The notes below the pieces were generated by a model that worked only from the letters and a program-made list of their open reading frames with translations, did no database searches and was not told the origin of the DNA. Below, piece after piece: positions 35,035-43,198 of a stretch of DNA of 43,240 nucleotides; the stretch's first letter is position 1; each line of letters begins with the position of its first letter. The DNA comes from a virus (lineage: Duplodnaviria > Caudoviricetes): the IMG/VR virus record IMGVR_UViG_3300010218_000018, positions 1 to 43,240 of that record; one strand, given 5' to 3'. Position numbers and translations under genes: made by a program.

Positions 35035-35077
35035 TGATGCAAAATGCACTTGCGCACCTGTGATGCATAGTGCATCA
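35035..35077. promoter_or_regulatory. Two 17-bp operators downstream of cI (OL-like)
   Basis: TGATGCA-AAA-TGCACTT (35035) and TGATGCA-TAG-TGCATCA (35061). Confidence 0.82.
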
Positions 35078-35108
35078 ATCGTCCCCATCGAATTGACGGG
35101 GACGCACA

Positions 35109-35306
35109 ATGGCGACAGCCGCGAAATTGGTGGAACTGGACTGCACGGGGGCTGCGCTCGCACGCGCCTACCGTGACGACCTCCGCGCAGAAACTGAGGC
35201 CCGCCGGGTCGTCACTGCAGCTCAGCATGAGCTGACCCTCGCGATCCAGCGGCGCAGCGTATCGGAGAACGCCTACCGGGCGCACTCCGGGGCGGTGCGG
35301 ATATGA
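35109..35306 (+). CDS. Hypothetical early protein
   Basis: First gene after OL; SD GGGGA. Confidence 0.7.
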   Translation: MATAAKLVELDCTGAALARAYRDDLRAETEARRVVTAAQHELTLAIQRRSVSENAYRAHSGAVRI

Positions 35307-35527
35307 GCGCCGTGCGAAATCCGGCGGCGTTCCCGCGCACGGCTCACCCACTGGCGCGCATTCCAGGAAATGATGGGATGACTCTCCGCGACTGGTTTGC
35401 GGGTCAGATTGTGGCTAGCCTGCTCGGGGCCGCGTTTTCCGGAACTGGCCACATTCGCGCGACGGAGGTCGCGGAGAGGGCGTACCAAATCGCCGACGCG
35501 ATGCTCGACGAAAGGGGGCGCGCATGA
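35303..35527 (+). CDS. Conserved small phage protein (GMTLRDWFA...AY.IADAML)
   Basis: Widespread phage motif; ATGA overlap. Confidence 0.8.
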   Translation: MSAVRNPAAFPRTAHPLARIPGNDGMTLRDWFAGQIVASLLGAAFSGTGHIRATEVAERAYQIADAMLDERGRA

Positions 35528-35745
35528 GCGTCCTCGCCACAATCCCGACCCGTCGCCAGCTTGAGCGCGAAGCCCTCCACGACGCCCTCCTTGCCGCTGA
35601 TATGCGGGAAGAGGCGGGGGCCGAAGTCTTCGGGGCGCAGGTCCGCCGCGTGTTCCGCTGGGCGAATGTGTTCGGCTTCGCTGGGATGCCGCTGATCTGC
35701 GGCTGCGGCTACCTGCTGATCAATTCGTTGTGGCCGGTCCAATGA
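35524..35745 (+). CDS. Small protein with C-terminal TM
   Basis: ATGA overlap; hydrophobic C-terminus. Confidence 0.65.
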   Translation: MSVLATIPTRRQLEREALHDALLAADMREEAGAEVFGAQVRRVFRWANVFGFAGMPLICGCGYLLINSLWPVQ

Positions 35746-36200
35746 CCCGGCGACGCTGGCTCTCGATTCACGACCTCCCGCGCGACCAGCGCGTCAACCG
35801 CGTCCTTGAGGTCAAGGACATGCAGGGGAGGGAGGCGCTTGCCTACTGGACCGGACAGATCTGGGCGAAGGCCCCTGTCCGCAAAGTGGCGAAAGCGCTC
35901 AACTGGGGTCACCGGCCTGACTACTGGCGAGAGCAGATCAGCCCTGAGGAGGCAGTAGAGAAGCTGACCAAGGCTCAGCGGCGGGTGATGCTGTGCCTGC
36001 GTCCCAGCACCTTCGGGTATGAGTGGCCCGGCGCACCCATAACGTCGCTGGATTCCTGCGTCGCACTTTGGCGGCGCGACTTCCTTGAAAGCAACGACAT
36101 CGGCGGAATGGCCGCCACGTTCTCCGGCCGCACCCTTCGCGTGCGACTGAACGACCGTGGCCGCGAGCTGCTGATGCATGTCCAGAAGGGGCGGCAATGA
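35742..36200 (+). CDS. Hypothetical protein, possible C-terminal winged helix
   Basis: ATGA overlap; LTKAQRRV...LN.RGRE. Confidence 0.65.
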   Translation: MTRRRWLSIHDLPRDQRVNRVLEVKDMQGREALAYWTGQIWAKAPVRKVAKALNWGHRPDYWREQISPEEAVEKLTKAQRRVMLCLRPSTFGYEWPGAPITSLDSCVALWRRDFLESNDIGGMAATFSGRTLRVRLNDRGRELLMHVQKGRQ

Positions 36201-36403
36201 CTTTCCTTCATACTCACCAGATCCTGGCCGCGCAGACGCACCGCCGCACGATCGATCCGATGAGCCTTGGGCGCCGCACGCGCCCCTTCGTGATTGAGCG
36301 CGCCTCCCTTGCCTCGGACGCTTCGCCAGCGTCGCCTCCATCCCCTAGCGCCGCGGTCGTCGAGGCCCGCCGCGGTGCGCGCACGCGAAAGGCGAAGGGC
36401 TGA
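36197..36403 (+). CDS. Small basic hypothetical protein
   Basis: Coupled on both sides. Confidence 0.55.
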   Translation: MTFLHTHQILAAQTHRRTIDPMSLGRRTRPFVIERASLASDASPASPPSPSAAVVEARRGARTRKAKG

Positions 36404-36774
36404 TGCGCATCGATGTAAGCCCCCGCCACAAGAATGCCGGCCGTCCCGCGTGGAAGGTTGCCGAGGCATTCAAGCAGTGGGAGCGCGGCCGGAAGTGCGT
36501 CTGCGGGGGGTCAAATCCGGGATGCTTCGGCCCAATCCAGACGGCTCACGTTCCTTTCCCCGGAGAAAAAGGCATCGCCTCCAAGGTCGCGGATCGCCAT
36601 TGCCTTCCCCTCTCTGTGGGCTGTCATAAGCTCCAACATGACATTGGCTGGCCTGAATATTCGCGCCTCTACATGAAGGGTCGCGACCCTGCAGCGCTCT
36701 CGGACCAGTATTGGAACGAGTGGCCGGGGCGGGCGAAGTGGGAGCAGCGCAACGAAGGTGGGGTCCGCCGATGA
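36403..36774 (+). CDS. DUF968-like putative HNHc nuclease
   Basis: CVC...C...AHV...G...K..D...LPL...CH..QH..G motif. Confidence 0.7.
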   Translation: MRIDVSPRHKNAGRPAWKVAEAFKQWERGRKCVCGGSNPGCFGPIQTAHVPFPGEKGIASKVADRHCLPLSVGCHKLQHDIGWPEYSRLYMKGRDPAALSDQYWNEWPGRAKWEQRNEGGVRR

Positions 36775-37415
36775 GCCGCCATCTTACCCCGACCGCTTAC
36801 GCCGAAGAGGCATACGAAGCGGCCCAGAACCGGCGCGCCGACCGCGCGATGAAGAAGGGGCCTGCGGGCATCCCGATTCCGCCGCGGCGTCAGGTCTATC
36901 GGAAGACGGTGGACGGCAAGCTGCTCATGCAGATCCGGACCTTGGCGTTCGCCTCATGGCGAAGCTCGATCCTGACCCATGACCGCTTCGGAGAGGTCGC
37001 GGCGAGCCTGCGCGCGGACTTGCTTCGCCGGTTCCCGGTCGAGGACATGAAAGTGCTGGTGCGCTACGGGAAGGCTCAGGGGCGCGAGCGGGTCACCGTC
37101 GAGATATTGGCGGGTGATTACGAGCCGTCGCAGACAGTTGGGCTGCCGGCGATCACCCTGACGCCAGACCTCCCGTTGTTCCATGTCGACCTGGGCGGGC
37201 GGGGCGCGTCGACCGGAGCGCCGGTGCCCTCCGACACCGTACCCTTCTTCCGAGACATTGTGCGCGTCCGTCGCGAGCAAAAGCGCTCGTTCGAGCCCGC
37301 GCTCCATTGGACCGGAGTCTTCTTCGTCGAGAACAAGCGCTGGCCTCGGTGGGAAGACATCGAGGACCAGTTTCCCCTGATCGGGGAATGGATGGAGGGC
37401 CAGCGCAATGCCTAG
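36771..37415 (+). CDS. Hypothetical protein
   Basis: ATGA overlap; 214 aa. Confidence 0.7.
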   Translation: MSRHLTPTAYAEEAYEAAQNRRADRAMKKGPAGIPIPPRRQVYRKTVDGKLLMQIRTLAFASWRSSILTHDRFGEVAASLRADLLRRFPVEDMKVLVRYGKAQGRERVTVEILAGDYEPSQTVGLPAITLTPDLPLFHVDLGGRGASTGAPVPSDTVPFFRDIVRVRREQKRSFEPALHWTGVFFVENKRWPRWEDIEDQFPLIGEWMEGQRNA

Positions 37416-37477
37416 CGCCGCCTACTTCCGCGCGCTCCGTAAGCTCGCGATTGCGAACCTGAGAAGGGGGAATAGCT

Positions 37478-38230
37478 GTGGCTGACGCTTACGTCTTCCG
37501 CGGTGATTTCCGCATCATCAAGCTCGACGGCATGTTCCACGTCGTGTTCCGGCCGGACAGCGATCCCGAGTGGTTTCGGATCGTTGCGAGCTTCTACACT
37601 TACGAGCGTGCGTGGCTCTATTGCGACCTGGAGCGCGTCACCAGCTTTGACGGTGACAGCAGTACGACGGACGAGGTGAAAGCTGGGACGCGCGAAGCGC
37701 CCCTCTTTGAAATGCCCGATCCGCAAGCTGAGTTCGATCCGGCAGGTATGGCGCGCAATATTATGCCCGAGGCGGACGCGGCTGTCCCACCGATCCCACC
37801 CGAAGCGCGGGCTGAGGTTGTCGACGAGCAGCCGGAGGACGACGAAATCCCGAAGGATTACGACGCCCGCATGTTTGGGCAAGGCGTCCGAAAAATGCAG
37901 TCGTTCGATGAGCGAGTAGCTGCAGATATTGCGCGCGCCGCTGACGCAACAGAGGCGCCGAGCGGCCCAGCCGATGATAAGTCCCCGCAGGTCGACCTGA
38001 CGGAGCGCGAAGCCGCCGTGCTGCGAGTGCTTACCGAGCGCTCCAACTATATGGGGCTCGCAGGGATCAGCCTGGCCGAGATCGCGGCCGCTTCCCGAGC
38101 CCCGCTGGGAAGCATGTCGTTCCTGCTAGAGAGCCTCGAAGACTACGGCCTCATCACCAAGGTCGAAGTAGGCCGGCAGGGACGCAGCTCGATTTATCGC
38201 GTCGAATCTAAGGCGAGGGCTGCGGCATGA
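37478..38230 (+). CDS. Hypothetical protein with C-terminal winged HTH
   Basis: LTEREAAVL...SLAEIA......S....L..LE..GLI.....G....YRV; acidic linker. Confidence 0.7.
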   Translation: MADAYVFRGDFRIIKLDGMFHVVFRPDSDPEWFRIVASFYTYERAWLYCDLERVTSFDGDSSTTDEVKAGTREAPLFEMPDPQAEFDPAGMARNIMPEADAAVPPIPPEARAEVVDEQPEDDEIPKDYDARMFGQGVRKMQSFDERVAADIARAADATEAPSGPADDKSPQVDLTEREAAVLRVLTERSNYMGLAGISLAEIAAASRAPLGSMSFLLESLEDYGLITKVEVGRQGRSSIYRVESKARAAA

Positions 38231-38421
38231 CCGAAGAGCTTAAACCGATGATGGTCCACTGTGCCGACTGCGGACACAGTTGGGCCGCCGCCTTTTTCCC
38301 GATGGAACTCGCCAAGTTCGCCAGGATCGCCAAGGCCAACAGCAGGTGCTGCGCACGCTGCGGGGCTGGGGCAAAGAGGATCATGTGCGGAAACGGCCTT
38401 GAGCAGGAGCAGCCCGCATGA
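38227..38421 (+). CDS. Small Zn-finger protein
   Basis: CADCGH...CARCG. Confidence 0.7.
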   Translation: MTEELKPMMVHCADCGHSWAAAFFPMELAKFARIAKANSRCCARCGAGAKRIMCGNGLEQEQPA

Positions 38422-39122
38422 GCCCCCTTTCGCCGAGCGCGGTCGAACAGAGGACGCGGGAATTGCTGGCGGCAATGCTCAAGGCGCAAAAGGTCTCGCC
38501 CTATCGCGGCTGGAGCATGACTGACTTGAACCGTGCTGCCGATGCGGCCCGGGAATTTCTCGGCCTGCCATCAATCCGCGACCTCAATCCCGATATAGCG
38601 AAAATGCAGGATGCAGCGGCTGCGAATGGGCCTGCCCTCCGCGCCGCCCTCTCTGTTCCCGAAGTGGCCCAGGGGGAGGCGGCACCGATCGACATGATCC
38701 TGTTCTGCCCGGAATGCGGGGAGCAGCATGTGGACGAGGAAGAGCATGTGTTGGCGTGGACGGGTGGCTCCGTTCCTGAGCCATCACATGATGAGGTCGT
38801 CTGGGACAATCCTCCCCACCGCTCGCACCTGTGCCATAATTGCGGGTGCATCTGGCGGCCAGCCGATGTCGCAACCAATGGCGTAGCGAAGATCGGCACG
38901 GTCGGTTCCGCTGATACTTGGTCTGCCATCCTCGCGCCCGCTGCCGCCGCCCAACCCTCTGTACGGTCTCAAGCGGTAGAGGAATGCGCGAAGGTCGCTG
39001 AGGCTTTCCGCGACCCGAACGACATGGATACAGAGGAAGGCTTGCGCCTGAATGCTCAGGTCAGCGCCATCGTGTCCGCCATCCGCTCCCTGGGCTCTAA
39101 TCGTGGCGGGGAGGGGAAATGA
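38418..39122 (+). CDS. Mosaic early protein with a Zn-ribbon module
   Basis: PIDMILFCPECGEQHVD...WDNPPHRSHLC..CG.IWRPAD module; EECAKVAE...AIRSL tail. Confidence 0.7.
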   Translation: MSPLSPSAVEQRTRELLAAMLKAQKVSPYRGWSMTDLNRAADAAREFLGLPSIRDLNPDIAKMQDAAAANGPALRAALSVPEVAQGEAAPIDMILFCPECGEQHVDEEEHVLAWTGGSVPEPSHDEVVWDNPPHRSHLCHNCGCIWRPADVATNGVAKIGTVGSADTWSAILAPAAAAQPSVRSQAVEECAKVAEAFRDPNDMDTEEGLRLNAQVSAIVSAIRSLGSNRGGEGK

Positions 39123-39400
39123 GCGGGCGTGTCCTAGACGAACTCGACGTGATGATGATCGAGTTGCAGGCGATTAGCGCCTGTTGCGAGCGACCTGACT
39201 TTGACGAGAGCCAGCCTCCCGCCAAGCAGATGACCGACGATGACTATCGCGCCGGCATCCGGAAGCATTTTGCAGAGGTCGCAGAATTCTCGGAAGATCT
39301 GGTCGATCCCCTGCTCGCGGAGGTGCGCGAGGAAATCCGGCTGCGCGAGCGGGTGCAGGGGTTTTGCGAGGCGATCATCATGGGGGTGATGGGACGATGA
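39119..39400 (+). CDS. Hypothetical protein
   Basis: ATGA overlap; SD GGAGG. Confidence 0.65.
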   Translation: MSGRVLDELDVMMIELQAISACCERPDFDESQPPAKQMTDDDYRAGIRKHFAEVAEFSEDLVDPLLAEVREEIRLRERVQGFCEAIIMGVMGR

Positions 39401-39807
39401 CCCCCACCATGTCCAACGATAGCCAGGGAATACGCCCAATGGCCGATAGAGTGGAATTGGCGAGCCTCGCTGAAAGGTGTGAGGCGGCGACGGGGCCAGA
39501 TCGCGAGTTGGACGCGGAAATCGCGGAGCACGCCTATGGCTGGAAACCGCACCGCATCCCTGCCGACTATGACGGTGAGAATGCCTGCGATGTTCTAACG
39601 CCTGACGGTGGACCCTTCATGTGCGACGGAAGGCCATGGGTCTATCCGCCGAAGGGCAAAGTTCACCGCGCCTACCATTGCGCGCAATACACGCGCGACG
39701 CGACCGACAGCGCCATTCCGCGAAATTACGTGCGGATGCAGACAGCCGCTGCTCTCAGAGCGCTCGCCGCCCTCCGCTCCCAAACGGTGGAGGATGGCCG
39801 TGGGTGA
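39397..39807 (+). CDS. Hypothetical protein (LAERCEAATGPDRELDAEIA family)
   Basis: Familiar phage motif; coupled start. Confidence 0.7.
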   Translation: MTPTMSNDSQGIRPMADRVELASLAERCEAATGPDRELDAEIAEHAYGWKPHRIPADYDGENACDVLTPDGGPFMCDGRPWVYPPKGKVHRAYHCAQYTRDATDSAIPRNYVRMQTAAALRALAALRSQTVEDGRG

Positions 39808-40258
39808 TATGGACCTGGAAGGGCTGAAAAAGCTGCTGGCGGAAGCGACGCCGGGACCATGGGAATTTACGCTCGACGGCGAATGGCCTATGATCCTCTC
39901 GTCGGCACATGATGAGGACGGACACCGGATTCCGGTGATTGACCTGTTCCACGGCGGCTATGAATATCCTGGCTTTCCGCTCGCAACCAATGGTCAGCTA
40001 GTCTCAGCGGCTGTATCGGCTCTCCCCGCCCTAATCGAGCGCGTAGAAAGGCTGGAAGAGGGCCTGCGACAGATCGGAGAAGGCGATGAGCCGCGTCCGG
40101 TTGGCGCGCGCTGGCGGGACGACGGCCGCCCGAGCAAGAACGACCAATGCACACATGGCATCTGGATGTATGAGACGTGTGGCAACTGCATCGCTGAGTT
40201 CGCCCGCTCCATCCTTTCCTCCACCTCTAGTCCTGACAATGGGGGTGCCCGTGGCTGA
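39800..40258 (+). CDS. Ead/Ea22-like early protein
   Basis: LKKLLAEATPGPW...ALPALIERVERLE. Confidence 0.65.
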   Translation: MGDMDLEGLKKLLAEATPGPWEFTLDGEWPMILSSAHDEDGHRIPVIDLFHGGYEYPGFPLATNGQLVSAAVSALPALIERVERLEEGLRQIGEGDEPRPVGARWRDDGRPSKNDQCTHGIWMYETCGNCIAEFARSILSSTSSPDNGGARG

Positions 40259-40487
40259 CCGGATCACCGTGGACATCGCGCTTCCCGAAAAGTGGAAGGT
40301 CAAGCATTTCTGGGCCGTTCGGCAGTGGCGCGCTTTCGGCGTCGTTCTGGCGTTCTCCCCGCGCGTGTTCTGCCTTGGCGTGGAATTGATCGCCGGCACC
40401 GCGAAGGGAATCGCCCTCTGCATCGGGCCCTTCTGTCTTGGTGGAGCGACCATTCGGCTTGCCCGCACTGACAATGGGGAGGGGTGA
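40251..40487 (+). CDS. Small hydrophobic protein
   Basis: GTG start after GGGGG; hydrophobic central part. Confidence 0.55.
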   Translation: MADRITVDIALPEKWKVKHFWAVRQWRAFGVVLAFSPRVFCLGVELIAGTAKGIALCIGPFCLGGATIRLARTDNGEG

Positions 40488-40687
40488 TTATGGGCTACCT
40501 CTACAATCCGAACGGCTTCGCGACCGTGATGCACCTTGCCGAATATGATCGGCTTGGGGCGCAGATTGGCGCGCTGTGCGGCGAAACCGAATTCTCACGA
40601 TCCTGCAATCTGCCGCTGGGCCAGCCAATTTGCTCACGGTGCCAGGAGATCGCGGCCGAAATCATGAAGGAGAAACCCGGTGCATAG
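40484..40687 (+). CDS. Small Cys/His protein
   Basis: H...ALCG...C..C.RC pattern. Confidence 0.65.
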   Translation: MIMGYLYNPNGFATVMHLAEYDRLGAQIGALCGETEFSRSCNLPLGQPICSRCQEIAAEIMKEKPGA

Positions 40688-40982
40688 CCTACCCGCGCCG
40701 CCGTTCACCGTGGAGACGCTTGCCGAGCGCTGGGGCTGCTCTGCCGGCGCCATCCGCAATCGGATCCGCAACGGCGAAATCCAGTGCTTCCGGATCGGCA
40801 CGCTGATCCGCATCCCCGCCAACGAGGTCGAGAAGATCGAATGTCCGAATATAGTGTCCAGCGCTTCCGAGGCGGCTTCGCAATCGTCTGGTATGATGAG
40901 AGCGGCACCCGCCGCCGGCAGAAACTTGCCGCGAGCGATCGGGCAGGAGCGGAGGCGGAAGCACGCCAATCCTGGCGGCTAG
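40680..40982 (+). CDS. xis: Excisionase (HTH_17/MerR-like)
   Basis: FTVETLAERWGCS...IRN.I..GE...FRIG.LIRIP; overlaps int. Confidence 0.85.
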   Translation: MHSLPAPPFTVETLAERWGCSAGAIRNRIRNGEIQCFRIGTLIRIPANEVEKIECPNIVSSASEAASQSSGMMRAAPAAGRNLPRAIGQERRRKHANPGG

Positions 40983-41818
40983 GCGACACGTCACAGAAGA
41001 CGTGCGGCTCAATCGTCACCGCCTACCACGCTGACCGCGAGGCGAATGGGATTCCGAGCCTCCAGCGCATGAAGGACGCTTGGAAGGCGATGCGCCCCTT
41101 CTGGGAAGGCGTCGCGCCCGAGGCGATCGACGAGGAGATGGCGAAGGCCTACGCTGCGCAGCGGCGCGCGGGCGATGCCACGATCCGCTACGAGCTTACG
41201 CACCTGGCGGTGGCGCTGCGTTGGGCTGACGCCAAGAAAATCATCGATCGCGCGCCGGTCATCTGGCGTCCCGCCGCGCCGGAGCGGCAAGAGCGACACC
41301 TTTCGCGCGACGACTTCAAGAAGCTGCTTGGCGGCACGGTAGCGCCGCACGCGCGGCTCTACATGCTACTCGGAATCTTCACTGCGGCGCGGCCGAGCGC
41401 GATCCTTGATCTAACATGGGATAGGATCGACTTCGAGCGGGGCACGGTCAACCTGAACCCTCCTGGGCGCAAGCAGACTGCGAAGCGCCGGCCGGTGGTC
41501 GCATTGAACGACCAGGCCATCGAGGCTCTGAAGCTGGCCTATGAGGCGCGGCAATGCGCCTACGTCATCGAGCGCGGCGCCAAGAAGGTCGCGAACATCA
41601 AAAAGGCCTTCCAAGCCGCCAGCGAGCGCAGCGGGGTCCGCGCGACTCCATACACCCTTCGCCACACCGCCGCGGTGTGGATGGCGGAGGCTGGCGTCCC
41701 GATGTCACAGATCGCGCAGTTCATGGGGCACGACGACAGCGCGACCACGGAAAAGCACTACGCCCGGTATAGCCCGGGCTTCCTCAAAGGGGCGGCGAAT
41801 GCGTTGCGGATCGAATAG
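40841..41818 (+). CDS. int: Tyrosine integrase
   Basis: TAARPSAIL.L.W..ID (R), K, YTLRHT (HxxR variant), MGH, HYARY (Y). Confidence 0.93.
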   Translation: MSEYSVQRFRGGFAIVWYDESGTRRRQKLAASDRAGAEAEARQSWRLGDTSQKTCGSIVTAYHADREANGIPSLQRMKDAWKAMRPFWEGVAPEAIDEEMAKAYAAQRRAGDATIRYELTHLAVALRWADAKKIIDRAPVIWRPAAPERQERHLSRDDFKKLLGGTVAPHARLYMLLGIFTAARPSAILDLTWDRIDFERGTVNLNPPGRKQTAKRRPVVALNDQAIEALKLAYEARQCAYVIERGAKKVANIKKAFQAASERSGVRATPYTLRHTAAVWMAEAGVPMSQIAQFMGHDDSATTEKHYARYSPGFLKGAANALRIE

Positions 41819-41870
41819 AGGTAGGTTCTGGCGAACCTCGCGGCTCTGTCTAAATGGACCCTTGCCGCTA

Positions 41871-41918
41871 TGGTCGGGGAGAGAGGATTCGAACCTCCGG
41901 CCCCTGCCTCCCGAAGAC
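41871..41918 (-). other. attP core: 3' half of tRNA-Pro(CGG)
   Basis: Reverse complement GTCTTCGGGAGGCAGGGGCCGGAGGTTCGAATCCTCTCTCCCCGACCA gives anticodon loop, T arm, acceptor strand and CCA; no D arm; 52 nt after the int stop. Confidence 0.88.
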
Positions 41919-41980
41919 GTTTCTCGTGGCCGCACACGAAGGCGCTCCCATGATTTCCGCTTATCCGCGAGGTGCATATA

Positions 41981-42490
41981 ATGGCACCGAATGGTGAACG
42001 TTTGCGGAACGAACCTTTTTCGGACCCTTCGGCCCCTGTCCATGAGCGCGCGCTGACGACGCGAGGCGTTGCAGAGAGGTTCGGCGTAGCGAAATCGACT
42101 GTCCACGGCGCGATCAGCCGAGGCGAATTACCGCACTTCCGCATTGGCAAGTTGGTCCGCGTCCGGCCGTCTTCGATACCACGGTTTTTGGTCGATCGCT
42201 GGCGCGCAGAACAGGCGGTCGCGCGCGAATTTCCAACAGGCCCGCTCGTCTATTTCCTCGGTGGCGTTCCGGGTTTCGTGAAGATCGGATTCACCGCCGA
42301 CCTTCAGGACCGCGTGCGACAGCTTCAACCCGGTTCACCGTTCCCGCTCGAGCTTCTGGCCCATGTGGCCGGCGCATCGTGGGCCGAAGAGCGCGCCTAT
42401 CATCGGCGCTTCCACGCGCACCGGCACTATGGTGAGTGGTTCGCCCGCGCGCCCGAGATCGAAGCCGAGATCGAAAGGCTCGCCGCATGA
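41981..42490 (+). CDS. Excisionase-like HTH fused to a T5orf172/MUG113 GIY-YIG-like domain
   Basis: LTTRGVAERFGV.KSTV...I.RGELP.FRIG..VRV plus VYF....VKIGFT.D...R..QLQ.GSP..L...E...H.RF...R..GEWF; start uncertain. Confidence 0.8.
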   Translation: MAPNGERLRNEPFSDPSAPVHERALTTRGVAERFGVAKSTVHGAISRGELPHFRIGKLVRVRPSSIPRFLVDRWRAEQAVAREFPTGPLVYFLGGVPGFVKIGFTADLQDRVRQLQPGSPFPLELLAHVAGASWAEERAYHRRFHAHRHYGEWFARAPEIEAEIERLAA

Positions 42491-42494
42491 CCGC
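42476..42494 (+). repeat. 19-bp direct repeat, copy 1 (AGGCTCGCCGCATGACCGC)
   Basis: Identical to 43180..43198; the pair flanks the MTase gene. Confidence 0.9.
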
Positions 42495-43194
42495 CCCCCG
42501 CATCCTGATCGGCTGCGAGAAATCGGGCCGTGTTCGTGACGCTTTCATAGCCCGCGGCTACAATGCGTGGAGCTGCGACATCGAGCCCAGCTGGACGCCG
42601 GGCCCGCACATCCAGGGCGACATCCGTGAGGTGATGCGCTGGGGCTGGGACGGCGCGATCTTCCACCCGGAATGCACGAAGCTGACCGTCGCCGCGGCGT
42701 GGTGCATGTACCATCCGGACGACAAGGATCTGCCCTATGAGCAGAGGCGCCCGCACCCGCGCTATCCGGAACGCCGACGCGAGCAGGACGAGGCGGCCGA
42801 CTTCTTCATGGCCTGCATCAACGCGCCGATCCCGCTGATCGCCGTCGAGAACAGCGTGGGCGTGATGAGCAGCCGGTACCGGTCGCCTGACCAGATCGTG
42901 CAGCCTTACGAGTTCGGCGAGGACGCCAGCAAGAAGACCTGCCTGTGGCTCAAGGGGCTGCCGAAGCTGCCGATCGACCCCGCGGCGCGCTTCCCTGGCC
43001 GCATGGTGCCGCACCCGACGCGCGAGGGGCAATTCCTGGAGCGGTGGGCGAACCAGACCGACAGCGGGCAGAATCGACTTACCCCGTCCGACGATCGATC
43101 GGCGAAGCGCGCGGAGACGTACCCCGGCATCGCGAACGCCATGGCAGAGACCTGGGGCCCGGTGATCGCCGGCGAATTGAGGCTCGCCGCATGA
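42487..43194 (+). CDS. Phage DNA cytosine methyltransferase-like protein
   Basis: ILIGCE.SG.VRDAF, SCDI, GDI, FHPEC (PPC variant), ENS, K.TCLWLKGLP, R..TYPGIA.AMA..W. Confidence 0.8.
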   Translation: MTAPRILIGCEKSGRVRDAFIARGYNAWSCDIEPSWTPGPHIQGDIREVMRWGWDGAIFHPECTKLTVAAAWCMYHPDDKDLPYEQRRPHPRYPERRREQDEAADFFMACINAPIPLIAVENSVGVMSSRYRSPDQIVQPYEFGEDASKKTCLWLKGLPKLPIDPAARFPGRMVPHPTREGQFLERWANQTDSGQNRLTPSDDRSAKRAETYPGIANAMAETWGPVIAGELRLAA

Positions 43195-43198
43195 CCGC
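43180..43198 (+). repeat. 19-bp direct repeat, copy 2
   Basis: Identical to 42476..42494. Confidence 0.9.

Noticed and set aside
41871-41950. Complete phage-encoded tRNA-Pro
   Set aside because: No D arm or 5' acceptor strand; similarity stops in the anticodon stem, as expected for an attP core.
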